Of a DNA stretch of 64,000 nucleotides, positions 48,355 through 62,609 are shown one piece after another. Numbering within the stretch: position 1 is the first letter of the stretch; each line of letters opens with the position of its first letter. The notes below the pieces were generated by a model, which had not been told where the DNA came from, made no database searches, and worked only from the letters and a program-made list of their open reading frames with translations. The DNA comes from Paecilomyces variotii (taxonomy: Eukaryota): assembly GCA_004022145.1 (NCBI GenBank), contig RCNU01000004.1; one strand, written 5' to 3'. Position numbers and translations under genes: made by a program.

Positions 48355-51300
48355 TTACAGGGGTAGAATGCGCGAAGGGTCTTGGAGGAATCGTCTACGG
48401 TATGCGGCTATTTCGGCAGCGACCGTGTTAAAGTCTTTCACCTTGTCGCGTCGCATGTCATTGATGATTTGTTTCAGACCAGCGATGTAGTTGTCTTTCT
48501 CCTCGGGCGTTCTCCCCTCCCTTTGAGACCCCATCTGGACGAGGATCTTGTCATCTGTGAGAGTTAATAGCGTCCCGGGTCAGTATTCGCACAATGCAGA
48601 CCGATGACGGATTAGGAAAGAGCAACGATTAAGGGGGTCGTAAGGCGTGAAGTGGGCATGCGTAAGTTAGCACCAAAAGAGGTGGAAGGAAGGGGCTGGA
48701 AGCTTGTCAAGTTTATCAACGCACCGCTCAGTGATATATCGCGGAAATGTTGATACTCGCAGGAGTGGTCATTGCACACACCGCCCGCAGTTTCATACGG
48801 ACAGAAGATTTTCGTAGGATCAATGTTGTGACTATAAGTCAGGGAACGAAAGCCATCGGAAACATCTGCCGTAAAATTTGGGTGATAACGATAAGCGGTG
48901 AAATATCTCAGAGGACTGATATATGGCACGAAGTGGTGCTCCAATTCCTGAGATCCGCGATCCCCCTGGTTCTAATGTCAGCGTAGCAATTAGATGCGGG
49001 GCCATCTGAATGAGCCAACTTTACCTGCAGTGTTTCAATGTGAGACTCGTCGAGCGGTTTGGGTTTCTGAACATCTTGCATTAGTTCCTCGCCAGCCTCA
49101 GGTTGAGGATGTGGCGATGGCGCTGCCACTGTATCCTCCGGCTCTATTGATCCAGGGGGAGGAGGGCTGAAAGGGGGAGTATAGACAGTGTTAGCGATAT
49201 CAGGATTTGGCTCTGGTTCTGGCTCTGGTGGTTCGTAGACATCATCAGACATAACCGAAGGCTCACGAGATGTGTGAACTTCCTCGATATTCGATGCAGT
49301 CTTCTCTTGGTCTACCTCATTCAGATTTTCATGTTCCTGCGGAGTTGGCGGCCGCTGCGGCGAAACACGAGGACAAGGCTGGGCGTCTGTCTCTGCCTCA
49401 ACAGGTTCCAAACCACGGGGTGTCTCAGGCAAATCGGGTGGCATTATATGGGGGTTGGACGGGTCTTCATCTGGCTCAGATTGTCCAATGGACATTGGTC
49501 GGGGGCTATCGACAGATTCATCCATCGCAGAGCCAGAAGAAGAGGACGCGCCATCTGACAACTCCTCGGATTCTCCGTCGGCATCCTTGGGAGAATCCTC
49601 GACAGTGGCGGACATAGTCAACTCAATGGCTTCTTGAGACGTCTGCGGAACAGAGACCGGAGCATGTGCAATATCTGTTCTTGATGCAACATCGGTGCGT
49701 AAAGATGGCTCATGGTCCGGGCTGGCGTCTTTGGGTGCTGTTTCATCTACGTTCTGGACGTTGCTGGTATCGGCGCTAGGTGTATTCTCGATAGAAGCTG
49801 AGGATAAGGCAACTAAACCATGAGTATCCGATAATCAAGGGTAATAGCGGTCCAGGTTGTCCACAGAGTGCGATGGAGACTGTTTGTGGAGCTCATAAGC
49901 TGCATTGGGGACCTTGCTTACCTGTTGAACATACGGGTCTTTCAAAGGCAGCTTTCGCTGCCTGGAGTTCATCCATTGATAATCCCTGAGTCTCAACGCC
50001 TAAACTTTCCAACTCTTCCATGAGCTGTCTCTTTCCCTCCCTCCCCTTTGCAATTTCAGCACGCAACCGTTCCTCTTCTCTTTTGAATTCCGCCAGTTTA
50101 GCTTCGGACTTTGAAAGCTCAGCGTCAAGTGCAGGAAGGCCAGATTCGATTTCCTTCTTCCGCATGAACTTCGCCCGCATTCGCTCAAGGTGTGCAGGGT
50201 CAACTGACGTAAGACTTTGAACCGAGGGACTGCGAATCAGAGCCGGGGAGCCTGAACCTTGTGAGCCAACGGAGGAGATAAAATTCGCTTGGACTGTTGG
50301 TTGATCATGGTGCTCTTTGACAGCACTGGAGGTACTCGCATGCATAGAAGGCTTTGACACTAGAGGCGTGTCCAACGAGGCCGATGCAGCACGATTCGAA
50401 TCCGGAGGTGATTGCACACGGCTAGCGGCCAGTTTCGCCCTTTTCCTCTCTTCTAGTGCTGCGATCTTCTTACGCATCTCTTGGATTTGCTGGTCTCTCA
50501 ACCTTAACTCTTCTTGATCTCCAATCTTCAACGGGGTTTGTGGGGTAGACGAAGCTGCCGCTCGCTGATGTGGTTGGGCCCCAGGCTTCTTTAGAGGATA
50601 CTCCGTCGATGATGGGAGACCCGCAGGAGCTTCAGAGACGGTACGGTGCTGGGATCTGTTTGTGGCGGTAGCACCGTTTTCATCATTTTCCCCGTAAAGA
50701 TCTTCATCATCACTGATATCAATCACAAGCCTATCTTCGGGGCAGGCCATTACAGACTCTGTAGTAAGGACCTTTTTAGGCGGAGTACCTAAGCCATCAA
50801 AGTCCGAAGCACGTGGACGTTTCCGCTGAGAATTTCCAACTTGAGGCATGGTAGCCCCAACGTTTGTCTTCGGTGTAGAAGAGAGTTCTCCGGGGGCGGA
50901 TTGTTCCGAACTGGTCATGAATAGACCCGGAATGCGAGCAGGAACAGACGTTTCCGGCTCCGGTGGTCGATTTGGCAGCGGGTGCTGGATTTTTGACACT
51001 GTCGAGGCATCTTGACTGGGCTGAGACTGTGCGCCCACGGCACCGTGATGCTGTTGGGTTATGATGGAGGACTCGCCATCGACATGAGAACGTTGGCTTC
51101 TGAGGATACCTTGCTTTTTTAGCTGTTCCATTCTTTGTCGCGCTAGCTCTGTCTGGGCCTTGTTCTTCTCCTTGACTTGCGTCTCGCTGGGGGGCGCAGT
51201 CTGTACAGTGGTCTCCAGGGGCTTTGATACAGCAGCACTGGAAACAGAGGTGTCCTTTTCGGAGGGTGGTTTAGGTGTGCCGGCCAAAGTGGTAAGCTTC

Positions 51301-52744
51301 CCTGCTTTGGCAGCTAGCATCCGCGCAATGACTTCCTTCCGTTCTAAAGGCTTGCTTTCTGTTTGAGAAGCGATAATACCAGAAGGCGGCACATTCGTAT
51401 CTTTCGCTGTGATCGTCTGCCCCTCAGCGGATACGCCCACAGGCCCAGAGGATGGCAATTTCTCGACAGGCTTTTTCTCAGGGAGTTTCGTAGGATTCTG
51501 GGCGTCTGACAGGACAACCTCAGCCCTCGTAGAATCAGATCTGGCGCCTGGTTGCACAGGAACAACATCAGGTGTGGAGGGCTTTGACGTATCCTTGACT
51601 GGCTTCTGCTCGCCTGACACAGTCGGGACCTTGATTCCCACCTCCTCGTACAGCCGTTTGAGAACTGTCGAGTCGATTCCCTCACTCACCAGCTCATTGT
51701 AGCGGATATTATGAGGCGCAAGGCTCAAAAGAGCACCCTGAGCGAGAACCCGCAGTTGAGCTGGTGATTTGCTAGAATGCAAACTTTGACCGTTGACGTC
51801 CTTGGTCGGGCTGAGCTTATTACTTGCTTCATCTGAGGATGCTGTTGTCTGGGTAATCGTAGTGATTGGCATAAATTCTTGCGCAGTCGGGTCCAAACTG
51901 ATAGAAACAGGAGGGTGATAAGCTATGCATTGTCAGCGTTCGTCCAAACAGTAAGAATGCTGGGTTTAATACGAGAACCACTCTCTTCTCGTCGCGGTGA
52001 TCGATCCGTAGGTGATGGTACATTCGTCGGCTCATAGTCCATTCTCTCAGAGCTATCATTAGATGGGTTCTGTTGGCGAGAATCTCGAGATGTTGCGAAG
52101 CTGCTCGACGGCACTGACTTCGTCATGCGGCCATCTGGTATCTGCTCCCGCGCGCCTAGGAAGCCCTGGGAACTCCCAGAGAAGGGCTGAGCTACTGAAC
52201 GTTGTGATTGTGATGATACCCGCCCATCCCCATCGCTGAGTTCCCCCTCTTCTCGGTCTATAGTATCCAACCCATTCGGGGTCACCCTGCCTGCATTTTC
52301 GCGCGCATCTACTGCTGGATTAGCCCGAGACAGAGCCGGAGCCTGAGAAGCGGATGGAAGAGGATTGATATGAGCAGCTGTTCGAGGTAAAGATGGCAAG
52401 CCCATAGGGGGAACTGGGAGCGTATGGAACGTTGGCGGGGGAATATGAGGCGATTGGAACTGGTTCATGTAAGGAAAGGACGGCGGAGGTGGTGGCAGAC
52501 TGCCATGCGCCCCGAGACCGGGGATTCGGGTATTTCCATCAAGATTTGTCATATTCTGCAAATCAGACGGATTCCCAACGACCGGACCTGTTTGTACCGG
52601 CGGCTGCCCTGGAATATCAGTTGACCCCGAGAAAGGGTAAGAGGGTAAGGCCGATAATGGAGGTGTGGAAAATTGAGGGGGCGGCCATTGCTGCGTATAA
52701 CTGAACGCCCCGCCAAATGAAGGCGTTGGGGGATAATTAGACAT
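48355..52744 (-). CDS. Red1/ZFC3H1-like zf-C3H1 protein (putative nuclear-exosome targeting scaffold; 5 exons)
   Basis: ATG 52744. REEGELSD motif, coiled coils, and YISPLRYF..YRYHP...TYSHNIDP...CPYETAGGVCNDHSCEYQHFRD zinc finger. Exons 52744-51973, 51922-49922, 49812-49025, 48965-48725 and 48554-48355 are phase-consistent. Confidence 0.85.
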
Positions 52745-53172
52745 GTTGTGTGCTACAGCCCAGTTCACCCGCGCAAAAAATGGCGGTTCGCAACACTACC
52801 AAACAGTGAACAGTAAGATGGTTAGTATCCCAAAACACGAGACCATGTAGATAGTGGAAGAACCCCAAGCATCACTATGATGGGAAAGATCTCAGGGTCA
52901 TGGAAAAGCACGGATCATAAAGTCGCGTATCCAGTGGCCTCGAGAATATCTCCAAGGAGATGAGGAATGCAAAACGCGCTAGACGGCTCCCTACCACAAG
53001 TGAGATAATAATGGAAGCAAAGGGAAAACAGTGATACAGCTGGGAGACGTGGCAGAATAGGGGGGAAGAAGGGGCAATGGCCGCGGTGCGCGAGATGGAA
53101 GACGGCGAAGTGATAGGAGAGTTGACGCCCGAGCAAGTTCTTGTGCCAAGACTGCGATGGCCAGCACGGGCC

Positions 53173-53289
53173 TCACGTGACATGGCCATGGCTCGGTCTA
53201 GCATCGGCCCTATCGGGGCTAGCGCGTGCACGGCCCGGGGAACGGGGGTTGCGGCGCTGGAAGGGCTGAGTGACAACAATGTAAACAAA
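53173..53289. promoter_or_regulatory. Divergent promoter motifs: E-box TCACGTGA (53173-53180) and forkhead-type TGTAAACAA (53280-53288)
   Basis: Consensus matches in the 848-bp gap between the Red1-like and myosin II start codons. Confidence 0.4.
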
Positions 53290-53592
53290 CAGGCGGAGTC
53301 GAGCTAGCTGCTCGTATTATTATTATCTACCCGACCACTATCGACATCACCACACGACGCTCTTCTCCTTTCTCTTTTCTCTGTTGTACTTCTTTACTTT
53401 GTCGTTTTGGAGTGAGAGAGCCAGGGGCTTTCAGAGATTATTACGTTATTCGAAGGGGCCGGATATACCTCTTCTTTCGTTCCGTTTACACTCATCTTAG
53501 AAACCCCGGAATTCGCATTACTGTGCATTGTTGGCAGTTTGTGAAAGAGACAGATCAATCTTACAAATGACCTTGCTGGAATACATCCAATC

Positions 53593-56500
53593 ATGCTGCC
53601 GTCACAATTAAACAGCCCGTCAAGGAGGGCCAATCCGTTCGGGCGCAGTTCGGTGTCGCCTTCTCCAGGACCTCAGTCCCTCCCTTCGCGGCCAAGATCC
53701 GCTGTCTTCTCATCACCTGGGAATGCTGCAGTGGAGGCAAAGGGTCACCTGCGCAACTCTTCCACATCAAATCTCTCCCCAGTATCGCTTGCGTCCCCGG
53801 GTGGTCGGCAACGATCCAGTTCAGTTCGACAGAATGCCCAGACAGGTACATTTGCTCCTCAGTTTATCAAATCTGAGGAGTTACGGCGGGGAGCAGACCA
53901 GGTTCGAGTAATGGAAGGAGACAACGACTTCTCAGGTAAACGCTATGTCTGGCTCAAGGATCCTGAGAAGGCGTTTGTCCGCGGCCTGGTGGTGGAGGAG
54001 AGAGAAGGGGCCCAGCTGTTGGTGCAATGCGATGACGGAACAGTATGAACCTTCCATGTTTACTTCTCTGTTCGGAATTAACACCATTGTAGCAGCGTGA
54101 GGTAGATAGTGACCAAGTCGACAAGGTCAATCCGGCCAAGTTCGATAAGGCAGATGACATGGCCGAACTTACGCATCTCAACGAAGCGTCAGTAGTGCAT
54201 AACCTGCACTCACGGTATCAATCCGACTTGATATATGTCAGTATAGTCCCCAGTAAACATCTTTCAACATTCTAACATAGTATACTATAGACATATTCAG
54301 GACTGTTCTTGGTCACAGTCAACCCGTACTGTCCCTTGCCGATCTATACCAATGAGTATGTCAAAATGTATAAGGGTCAAAGTCGAGAAGATACCCGACC
54401 ACATGTCTTCGCAATGGCCGACCAAGCATTTCGAAATCTTGTGGAAGAAGGAGAAAACCAAAGTATCCTCGTCACGTAAGTGGTATCCTTAAGGCATGAT
54501 TCCGGATCTGTATTCTCTAACACTACGATATAGTGGAGAATCGGGAGCTGGTAAGACAGAGAATACCAAAAAGGTGATCCAGTATCTTGCGGCTGTTGCA
54601 ACGGCGGATACCCCGATGTCGAGGTCAGGAGCGAAGCAGTTTTCAAATCTCTCCCAGCAAATCTTGAGAGCAAACCCCATACTCGAGGCCTTCGGAAATG
54701 CACAAACAGTGAGGAACAACAATTCATCTCGATTCGGAAAGTTCATTCGAATTGAATTCACCCGTTCCGGTCAAATTGTGGGGGCCTGGATAGACTGGTA
54801 CCTTCTTGAAAAATCAAGGGTGGTGAAGCCCAATCCCCAGGAGAGAAACTACCATATATTTTATCAACTTCTTCAGGGCGCGGACAGAGAGTTGCGGGAC
54901 ACTCTTCACCTGGGCGACCTGGACTTCGATGGATTTTCTTATCTGAAGGATGGCAATGACTCAGTCGCCGGGGTTTCTGATGCGGACGAGTGGAATTCAT
55001 TGATGGAGGCCTTCCATATCATGAATTTTTCGCCAGATGACCAGATGTGCATCTTACGAACAATCGCAGCGGTGCTCCACCTTGGCAATATCGCAATCGG
55101 TAAAGAGAGTCTGCGAGGCGATCAAGCAGCCTTGGCGCCGGGAGCATACGAGAATGTGCAGAAAGCATGCGACCTTTTGGGGATTGACCCGGAAGCGTTC
55201 GTAAAAGGGCTGCTTCATCCCAAGGTCAAGGCTGGTCGGGAATTGGTCGAAAAGGTTCAGACTCCGGAGCAGGTCACCGCCGCACTCGATGCCTTGGCCA
55301 AGGGTATCTATGAGCGTGGATTCGGAGACCTCGTTAACAGGATAAACAGCCAGCTGGATCGCAATGGTATAGCAGGTGATGACAGCTCTTTCATCGGAGT
55401 TCTTGACATTGCTGGTTTCGAAATCTTCGAAAATAACAGCTTTGAACAGCTCTGCATCAACTACACAAATGAGAAGCTTCAACAATTCTTCAACCATCAC
55501 ATGTTTATTCTTGAACAAGAAGAGTACGCCAGAGAACAGATTGAATGGCAGTTCATTGATTTCGGAAAAGACTTACAGCCTACTATCGACCTCATCGAGC
55601 TGACAAACCCGATCGGTATCTTCTCTTGCCTGGACGAGGATTGCGTGATGCCGAAGGCTACCGACAAATCTTTTACGGAGAAATTGCACTCGCTATGGGA
55701 TCGCAAATCGCCTAAGTACCGTGCCTCTCGCCTGAACCAAGGATTCGTTCTCACCCACTATGCCGCTGAGGTTGAGTATTCAACACATGACTGGTTGGAG
55801 AAGAACAAAGATCCCTTGAACGATAACATCACACGTCTTCTGGCGTCGTCCAGCGATAAACATGTTGCAAACCTTTTTAACGATTGCGGCGATGGCGACG
55901 AGTCTACATCGAAAAGCCGTGTGAAAAAGGGTCTGTTCCGAACGGCAGCTCAAAAACACAAGGAACAGCTCGCGAAGCTCATGAACTCGCTACATTCCAC
56001 TCATCCACACTTTATCCGCTGCATAATTCCTAACCACAAGAAACGCCCGAAACTGTTCAATGCACCCTTGGTTTTGGATCAACTTCGATGCAACGGTGTC
56101 CTTGAAGGCATCCGAATCGCCCGCACTGGATTTCCCAATCGGCTACCCTTCACTGAGTTCCGACAACGTTATGAAGTCCTGTGTCGTGACATGCCTAAAG
56201 GCTATTTAGACAATCAGAGCGCTACACAGATGATGCTAGACAAACTAGGCATGGATAAAGCTTGGTATCGTGTCGGCTTAACGAAAGTGTTCTTCAGAGC
56301 GGGAGTTTTGGCTGAGCTCGAAGAGAAACGTGACAAGCATATTCGAGATATTATGACTCGCTTCCAATCCATTTCCCGCGGCTTCGTCCAGCGGCGAATC
56401 GCAAATAAGCGGTTATACCGTGCGGAAGCAACTCGCATCATTCAGCGGAATTTCCATGGTTACTTGGATCTAAAAGCAAACCCATGGTGGAGGCTCTTTA

Positions 56501-59500
56501 TGCGGATGAAGCCGCTTCTTGGAGAGACTCGGACAGCAACGGAGGTGAAGCGAAGGGACGAGCAGATCCAGAAGCTCGAGTCCAAAATGCAGAAGGAGCT
56601 CGCCGATCGTCAGAAGCTAGAAGAAGAGAGACGGCGAGCAGAGCAAGAAATCCAACGCATCAAGCAAACTCTCGAAAGTGAACGGACTCTTGCTCTTGAC
56701 AAGGAAGAAATATTCAAGCGTCTCCAACTGCGTGAAGTTGAGCTGACTGAGAAGCTATCTGGCGCCATTGCCGATCAAGAAACCCTGGAGGATCAACTGG
56801 ATGATCTTATTGCCGCCAAGAAGAAGGCTGAGGAGCAGCTTGAGATCAGGAGGACGCAGCTTGAACAAGCTGGTCAGATCATTGAACGTCTGGAGGCTGA
56901 AAAGCATGAGCTGCAGGAGCACCTGCTAGAACTCAACGACAAGCTAAAGGCGGCTGAGAGCACGAATCAAGAGAGAGATACACAGGTCCACAATCTCACT
57001 CAGGAAATAAAGATGTTACAGAGTCATCTGAGTCTCAAAGACCGCAAACTGCACGACTTGGAAGCCAAACTACTAAAATCTGACCAAGACCTCGACGTTA
57101 AGCTCGCCAATACCAGTAAAGAGCTGGACATCTCGAAGAAGAAAGTGAAGGAACTCGTCGATGAGAACCGATCTATCAGACAACAGATTGCAGACCTTTC
57201 ATCTACTTCGACAGGTTACGAGGAGATGCTAAGGCGCAAAGAAGGCGAGTTATCCGTTCTCCGCAACGACCTGAAAAAGCATGAAACAGATAGAATGAGT
57301 CTCGAGAACGAGAAATTATCACTATCTACTCGACATGATAATATGCAGAAGCGGCTACGCGAAGTGCAAGCGGAAATGGACGCTATGAGGGCAGAGAGAG
57401 CGAACCTTGAGCGTGAGGCGGCGGATGCTCGCAAACTGTTAGAAGAAAAGATGTCGGAGGATGCCGAGGCAGGACAAAGCCGAGCAATGCTGGATCAGCA
57501 GGTCCGCGATCTAAAAGCTCAGTTATTCCAAGTTCAGGCGGAGCTCAGTCGAGAACGCCAATCCAGAGATGACGTCCAAATGCTCGCGGAGCACGAATTG
57601 AAAGAGCTCAAAGAGAAGTACGAATCGCTGAACGAATCCAAGATAATCATCGAGAAAGAAATGTATATTCAACAGGATTCTCTGCGTCGCGCTACTGAAG
57701 CTCGAGCAGCTGCGGAGAAGGCGCGTAAGGATCTGCAAAACGAGTTGATCGGGCTTCGTGAGCGATACACCGAAGCAGAAAATGCCCGATTAAACGCAGA
57801 GAGTGAGGCTGAGCGGAACATAATCAAGCAAGCAAACGAACGCCAGAACAGCTTGCGGCGTGACCTGGAGGCCAAAGAAAAACAGCTCGATGAAGTGGAA
57901 GCTGAAAGGGGTCGTCTCGCTGGAAGGGTCCAAGAGCTCATGCAGGCAATTGCAGATTCTGAGAATTTCCGCATCCGTCACGATCAGCATAAGGAACGCC
58001 TTGAGAGAGAACTTGTCACAGTAAAAGGCAGGCTAACAGCGTCTGAAAATGACAACCGTGCTCTCTTGAATAAGATCCAGCAGAAGAACCTTGACATCGC
58101 AAGATCCAACTCACGGGCCGGTGAAAACCAGCGGGTCCGCATGTCGCAACTGCAGAATGAGAAATGCAAACTCGAGGAAGAAAACAAGAAGTTGGCTCGT
58201 CAGCTAGGCGATGCGCAACTTTCGATTACGTCTCTCGAGAAGCACAAGGAAAAGCTTTCACTGAGTTTGGAGGATGTGAATCATGAGATTGCTCGAGAAC
58301 ACAAGGCGAGCCGTAATGCAGAGAAAGCAGCATCTGCAGTCAACCTTCAGCTCGCAGAAGCTAACAGGAATCTTGAGACTGAAAGACAGCTAAGGATTCA
58401 AGCACAAGCTAACACCCGAAAGCTGCAAGCTGCTCTGGATCAAGCAAACAAGGAAATTGAAGATTCTCATCTGCAATTGATGCTCTTGCACAAGGTCTTC
58501 GATCCAGAAATTGATGAGACACCAAAGTCTTGGGAATCAGTCCAGCCAGACTTATCAAAGAAAGTCAATCTGGCAGCACTCCTGGAAGCAGCGCACAGTA
58601 ATCTCCGTGTCACTGAAGAGAAGTATGCTAGGGCTGAGAGCCAGCTTGCCGAGATGCGTCGTCGCCACGAGGACGAAATGAAGGAGCTCGATGCTCGCTA
58701 CTCTTCCTCGAAACGCGCACTGCTTGAGGAGATCGACCAGAACCAGGTCGCCACTGCTCGTTCACCCACTCACTTACGCAAGAATTCCGAAGCAGCCATG
58801 AAGAGATATTCTAACCCTACTACCCCTAACCGACGGTACAACATCAGCGACGCGGCTCAGGACTCTGGACGGTCTGACAGAACAGTCGATACCATCACCT
58901 TCCAAAAGCGGATGGATATGGCTGCAGAACTTGAGGAGCTGCAGAATAAGCTCCAGATGACAGAGATGCAAAACCGGCATCTACAGGCTCAAATCGAGCG
59001 ATCCACTCCGGTACGAGATATGTGGCAAGATGACAGCCCATCGGTTCGACGGATGCAGCTGTTGGAGCGCGAGAATGGCCGCCTCCATGAGAAACTTGAT
59101 GACTCTGCTAAGAAGGTTTCAGCTCTGGAAAGGAGCATCCAATCCGGCGAGCTATCCCTCCGAGACGTTCAGGCGAAATCACACGAGGAATTGTACGATT
59201 TGATCAACTCTCAGGAACACTCTCGTCGATCCCTCCTACAAGTCCATAAGAACGCCATGGCTGAGCTAACGGAAGCCAAGTCACAGTCAGAGAAACTCAA
59301 GCGAGCAAAGGCAACCTTGGAGGTGGAGCTTCGTGATGCTCGGTCAGATGCCCAAGAACTGCAGCTTGCCAGGGACCAAGATGCGGCTAGTCGAAACCAA
59401 CTGCTTCAGGAATTCGCAGATCTCCAGATACGTCTAGATGCTGAAACTTCCAAGGCCACTGATCTTGCCTCGAGCTTAAGTCTTTACAAGAGTCGTGCGG

Positions 59501-61013
59501 ATGAATACTTCAGCAAGCTTGAGCAGGCAGAGATCGCCGTACTAAAGGCATCCCGCGCGGAACAGTTCGCCAAGTCTCAAGCTAAGGAGGCTGAAGACAC
59601 TTGTGCCAGTATCATGGCCGAACGCAAGCAGATGGATGCGCTAGTGGAGGACTTGCAGCGTCAGACGCAGTCTTATGAGGAGAAGATCGAGGACCTTTCC
59701 GCTGATCTTGAAGGGGCCTTGCAAGCCAAGAGACGACTGCAGAATGAGCTTGAAGATTACAGGAATCAACGTGCCATGGACATCGAGGATAAGGAGGCGT
59801 CACTCGAACAGACGAGAAAGAAATACCAAATGGAGTTTTCCAGCCTCACCAACGAGCTCGAGATCGAGCGTGAGAACGTTCTTCATGCTCGCGAGGAGAC
59901 CGCTCGTCTCCGTGAAGAACTTGATGATCTTCGCAGCAAATGGGACAATGAAGTGCTTAACAGCTCAACATGGGCTAAAGAAAAGGCTCGTCTGGAAATG
60001 ACACTCCAGGATGTCTCGACTTCCAGGGATGAGGCTGTGGCAGCTCACAATGACGCCCAGGCAAAGGTCGTATCGCTCCTCTCTCAGGTTCGCAACCTGC
60101 GGACATCTGTGGACGATGTGTCGGCAGAACGTGATATGCTTCTCAAGGAGAAGAAGATGCTTGAGGCTAGGCTCACTGAGGCGGGAGAGCGGCTCGAGGA
60201 TCTAGTCAAGGGCGAAAGCCCATCTATGCGTAACGCCGCAAGCATGGACCGTGAGCTCCTCGAACTAAAGTCGAAGCTTGCACAGCAAGAAGATGTCTCT
60301 GCTGCTGCTGTCGGTAAAATGAGGAGAGCCGAGGCTCTGGCGACGGAAATGCAAAAGGAAGTCACCGCTGAACGAGAGACAAACGCACAGCTCTTTAAGG
60401 AAAGGGCAGCTCTAGAAAAGCAGCTCAAGGAAGCACAGCTCAGATGCATTGACCTGGAGACTAAAAGGTACTCGTCAGCAAGTCAGGATGTTAGATTCCT
60501 ACATAAGAGAATCAAAGATGTGAGTTGTTTCACCTAGATTCACGTTACAGGACACAGAAGCTAATCCGACCCTCGCAGCTCGAGACGCAACTCGAAGAGC
60601 AAGAGTCCAAGCGCAACGCGGAGCAGCGCTCAGTACGTAGCATCGACCGCACCGTCAAAGATCTCCAATCCCAAATTGAACGCCGGGACAAGATCAACGC
60701 TCAGCTCACCGATGATATTGCCAAATCTCGTGACAAGACCGAGCGTCTCCTCAAAACGATTGAGGATCTCCAGCAGAGCGATTCTGAAAATCAGCTTCAG
60801 GCGCGACGCGCGGAGAGGGAGCTGCGCGAAGAACGTGAGAAGGCCCTGCGCTTGGAGAGAGAACTTGAAGGCTGGAAAGCGCTACGGATGGAGAGAGGCA
60901 GTGCTGTCGGACGTCCTGGCATGGGCACATTCAGCGACATGGGCAGCCGAAAGGGGAGCGGCGCCTTCGATATGCCTCAGAGGAAGCCCAGTAATACCAA
61001 GGGATTCCTATGA
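53593..61013 (+). CDS. myoB: Myosin type II heavy chain (5 exons)
   Basis: SH3-like N-terminus, P-loop [39 protein letters not shown] region and a long coiled-coil tail. Introns 54043-54092, 54237-54290, 54476-54533 and 60520-60578. Confidence 0.97.
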
Positions 61014-61735
61014 GGAACCACCGGAGCCAGGAATTCGTGTCCATTTTACAGACTGGGGTTTCACTCGGAGTTTTCTTTTATTTACGAGCATTAGTTTGGT
61101 CTTATCCGGAGTACCGAAGGGCAAGGGTCTGATTGTTAATTATTAGCGTGATGTGACGGAAGCCATCCGTGGCTACGACGTGGCATGAAGTTTTGTTTTA
61201 TGTTTTATGTGATATGTATCTAAGTATCTAAGCATCTAGTTATTCCGAGTACTTGTTTTCTGACGCTTAAAGCAATTGAAAAGGTAAATTAATCATATAC
61301 AGACTGTTCAGATTCAATGTTCCAATTTATATATATTTCAAGGTCTGGCTAAATCTGAGCCAGAACGCAAAGTCAAAATCTCTGATATTAGTGTTGCCAA
61401 TATATTTATATTCCGACAATAGAACCAGCCTCTTACTATTTTCCAAAATCCGCAGAGATGCAATTGTGGTGCATAAGGAGTGGTCAGTGAATTGGAACGG
61501 ATGAGGTTGTGCCAAGCATCCGCTGCCAGCCTGCTCGATCAGGCAAGTAAGCTTGATTGGCTGCAGGAATTCTCTAAGCTCGACTTCCACCTTCACGTCC
61601 ACGTCCTCGCGCCTCGAGGATCTTCCCCTCCACCACCTTTCCTCCCAATATATCCCTATGAGGGCCCGATTTCCTGCGTCGAATTCGCCTTTAGTCAATT
61701 AATACTTTTATTCCCGCTCCGCAAAGCCGTTCGCC

Positions 61736-62609
61736 ATGGTAAGTTTCTGGAGCTTCCCCGCTATGGGCTTGAGAGTTCATTGCTCTTCAAACCCCGGGTC
61801 ATCTCGATGAAATCATCCCGGAACAGAAACACTGACTGAGTAAATAATAGGCCCGTAACAGCGAAAAGGCGCAGTCTATGCTGTTCCGCTTCCGGGCGGC
61901 ACAAGCAGCCGATCTGGGCATTCTTGATATCGGCCGGACACGCCGCCCGAAAGCCATCACATCCATCGATTCGATCCCTACCTGTGAGAAATGGCGTGGC
62001 CAGGTCCTCAAGGAGATTTCGCGCAAGGTCACACGCATTCAAGACCCCAGTCTGAGCGACTACCAGATTCGCGACCTGAACGATGAAATCAACAAGCTCA
62101 TGCGCGAAAAATGGATGTGGGAAATGCAGATACGGAATTTAGGCGGGCCTAATTACATGCGGGGTGGAGGGCGGGTCTATGACGATGAAGGAAGGGAGAT
62201 ACCGGGTGGTGGGAAAGGGTATCGCTACTTTGGGCGCGCGAGAGAACTTCCCGGCGTCAAAGAGATGTTCGAGGCGGCCGCCAGGCGAGGGCGTAGACCC
62301 GCAGAGGAGGAAGAGGATACCGGAGGAGGCCGTGGAGGAGATGTGGCCAAGAAGAATGTCGATGCAGCCTATTTCGGATATGGGTTGGATGAAGAGGATG
62401 GGACGCTACTGGCGTACGAGAAGAAGAAGGAGAAGGAGGCTCTCGAGAGTATGATGAAGCAAGGGAAGGAGGACGACGTGGAGGATGGATGGGAACCATT
62501 ACCGGGCGATGCTGGCGATGGTGTTGAGTGGCGATTGCCGACACTTGAGGAAGTGCAAGAAGAACTCGTCGACCGGAGGAGACGGCGATTGCTGGACAAG
62601 ATCTCATAA
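61736..62609 (+). CDS. ISY1: Pre-mRNA splicing factor Isy1 (ATG-only first coding exon)
   Basis: ATG|GTAAGT, intron 61739-61850, then ARNSEKAQSMLFRF...IRDLNDEINKLMREK..WE..LGGPNY and GYRYFGRARELPGV. Confidence 0.95.
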
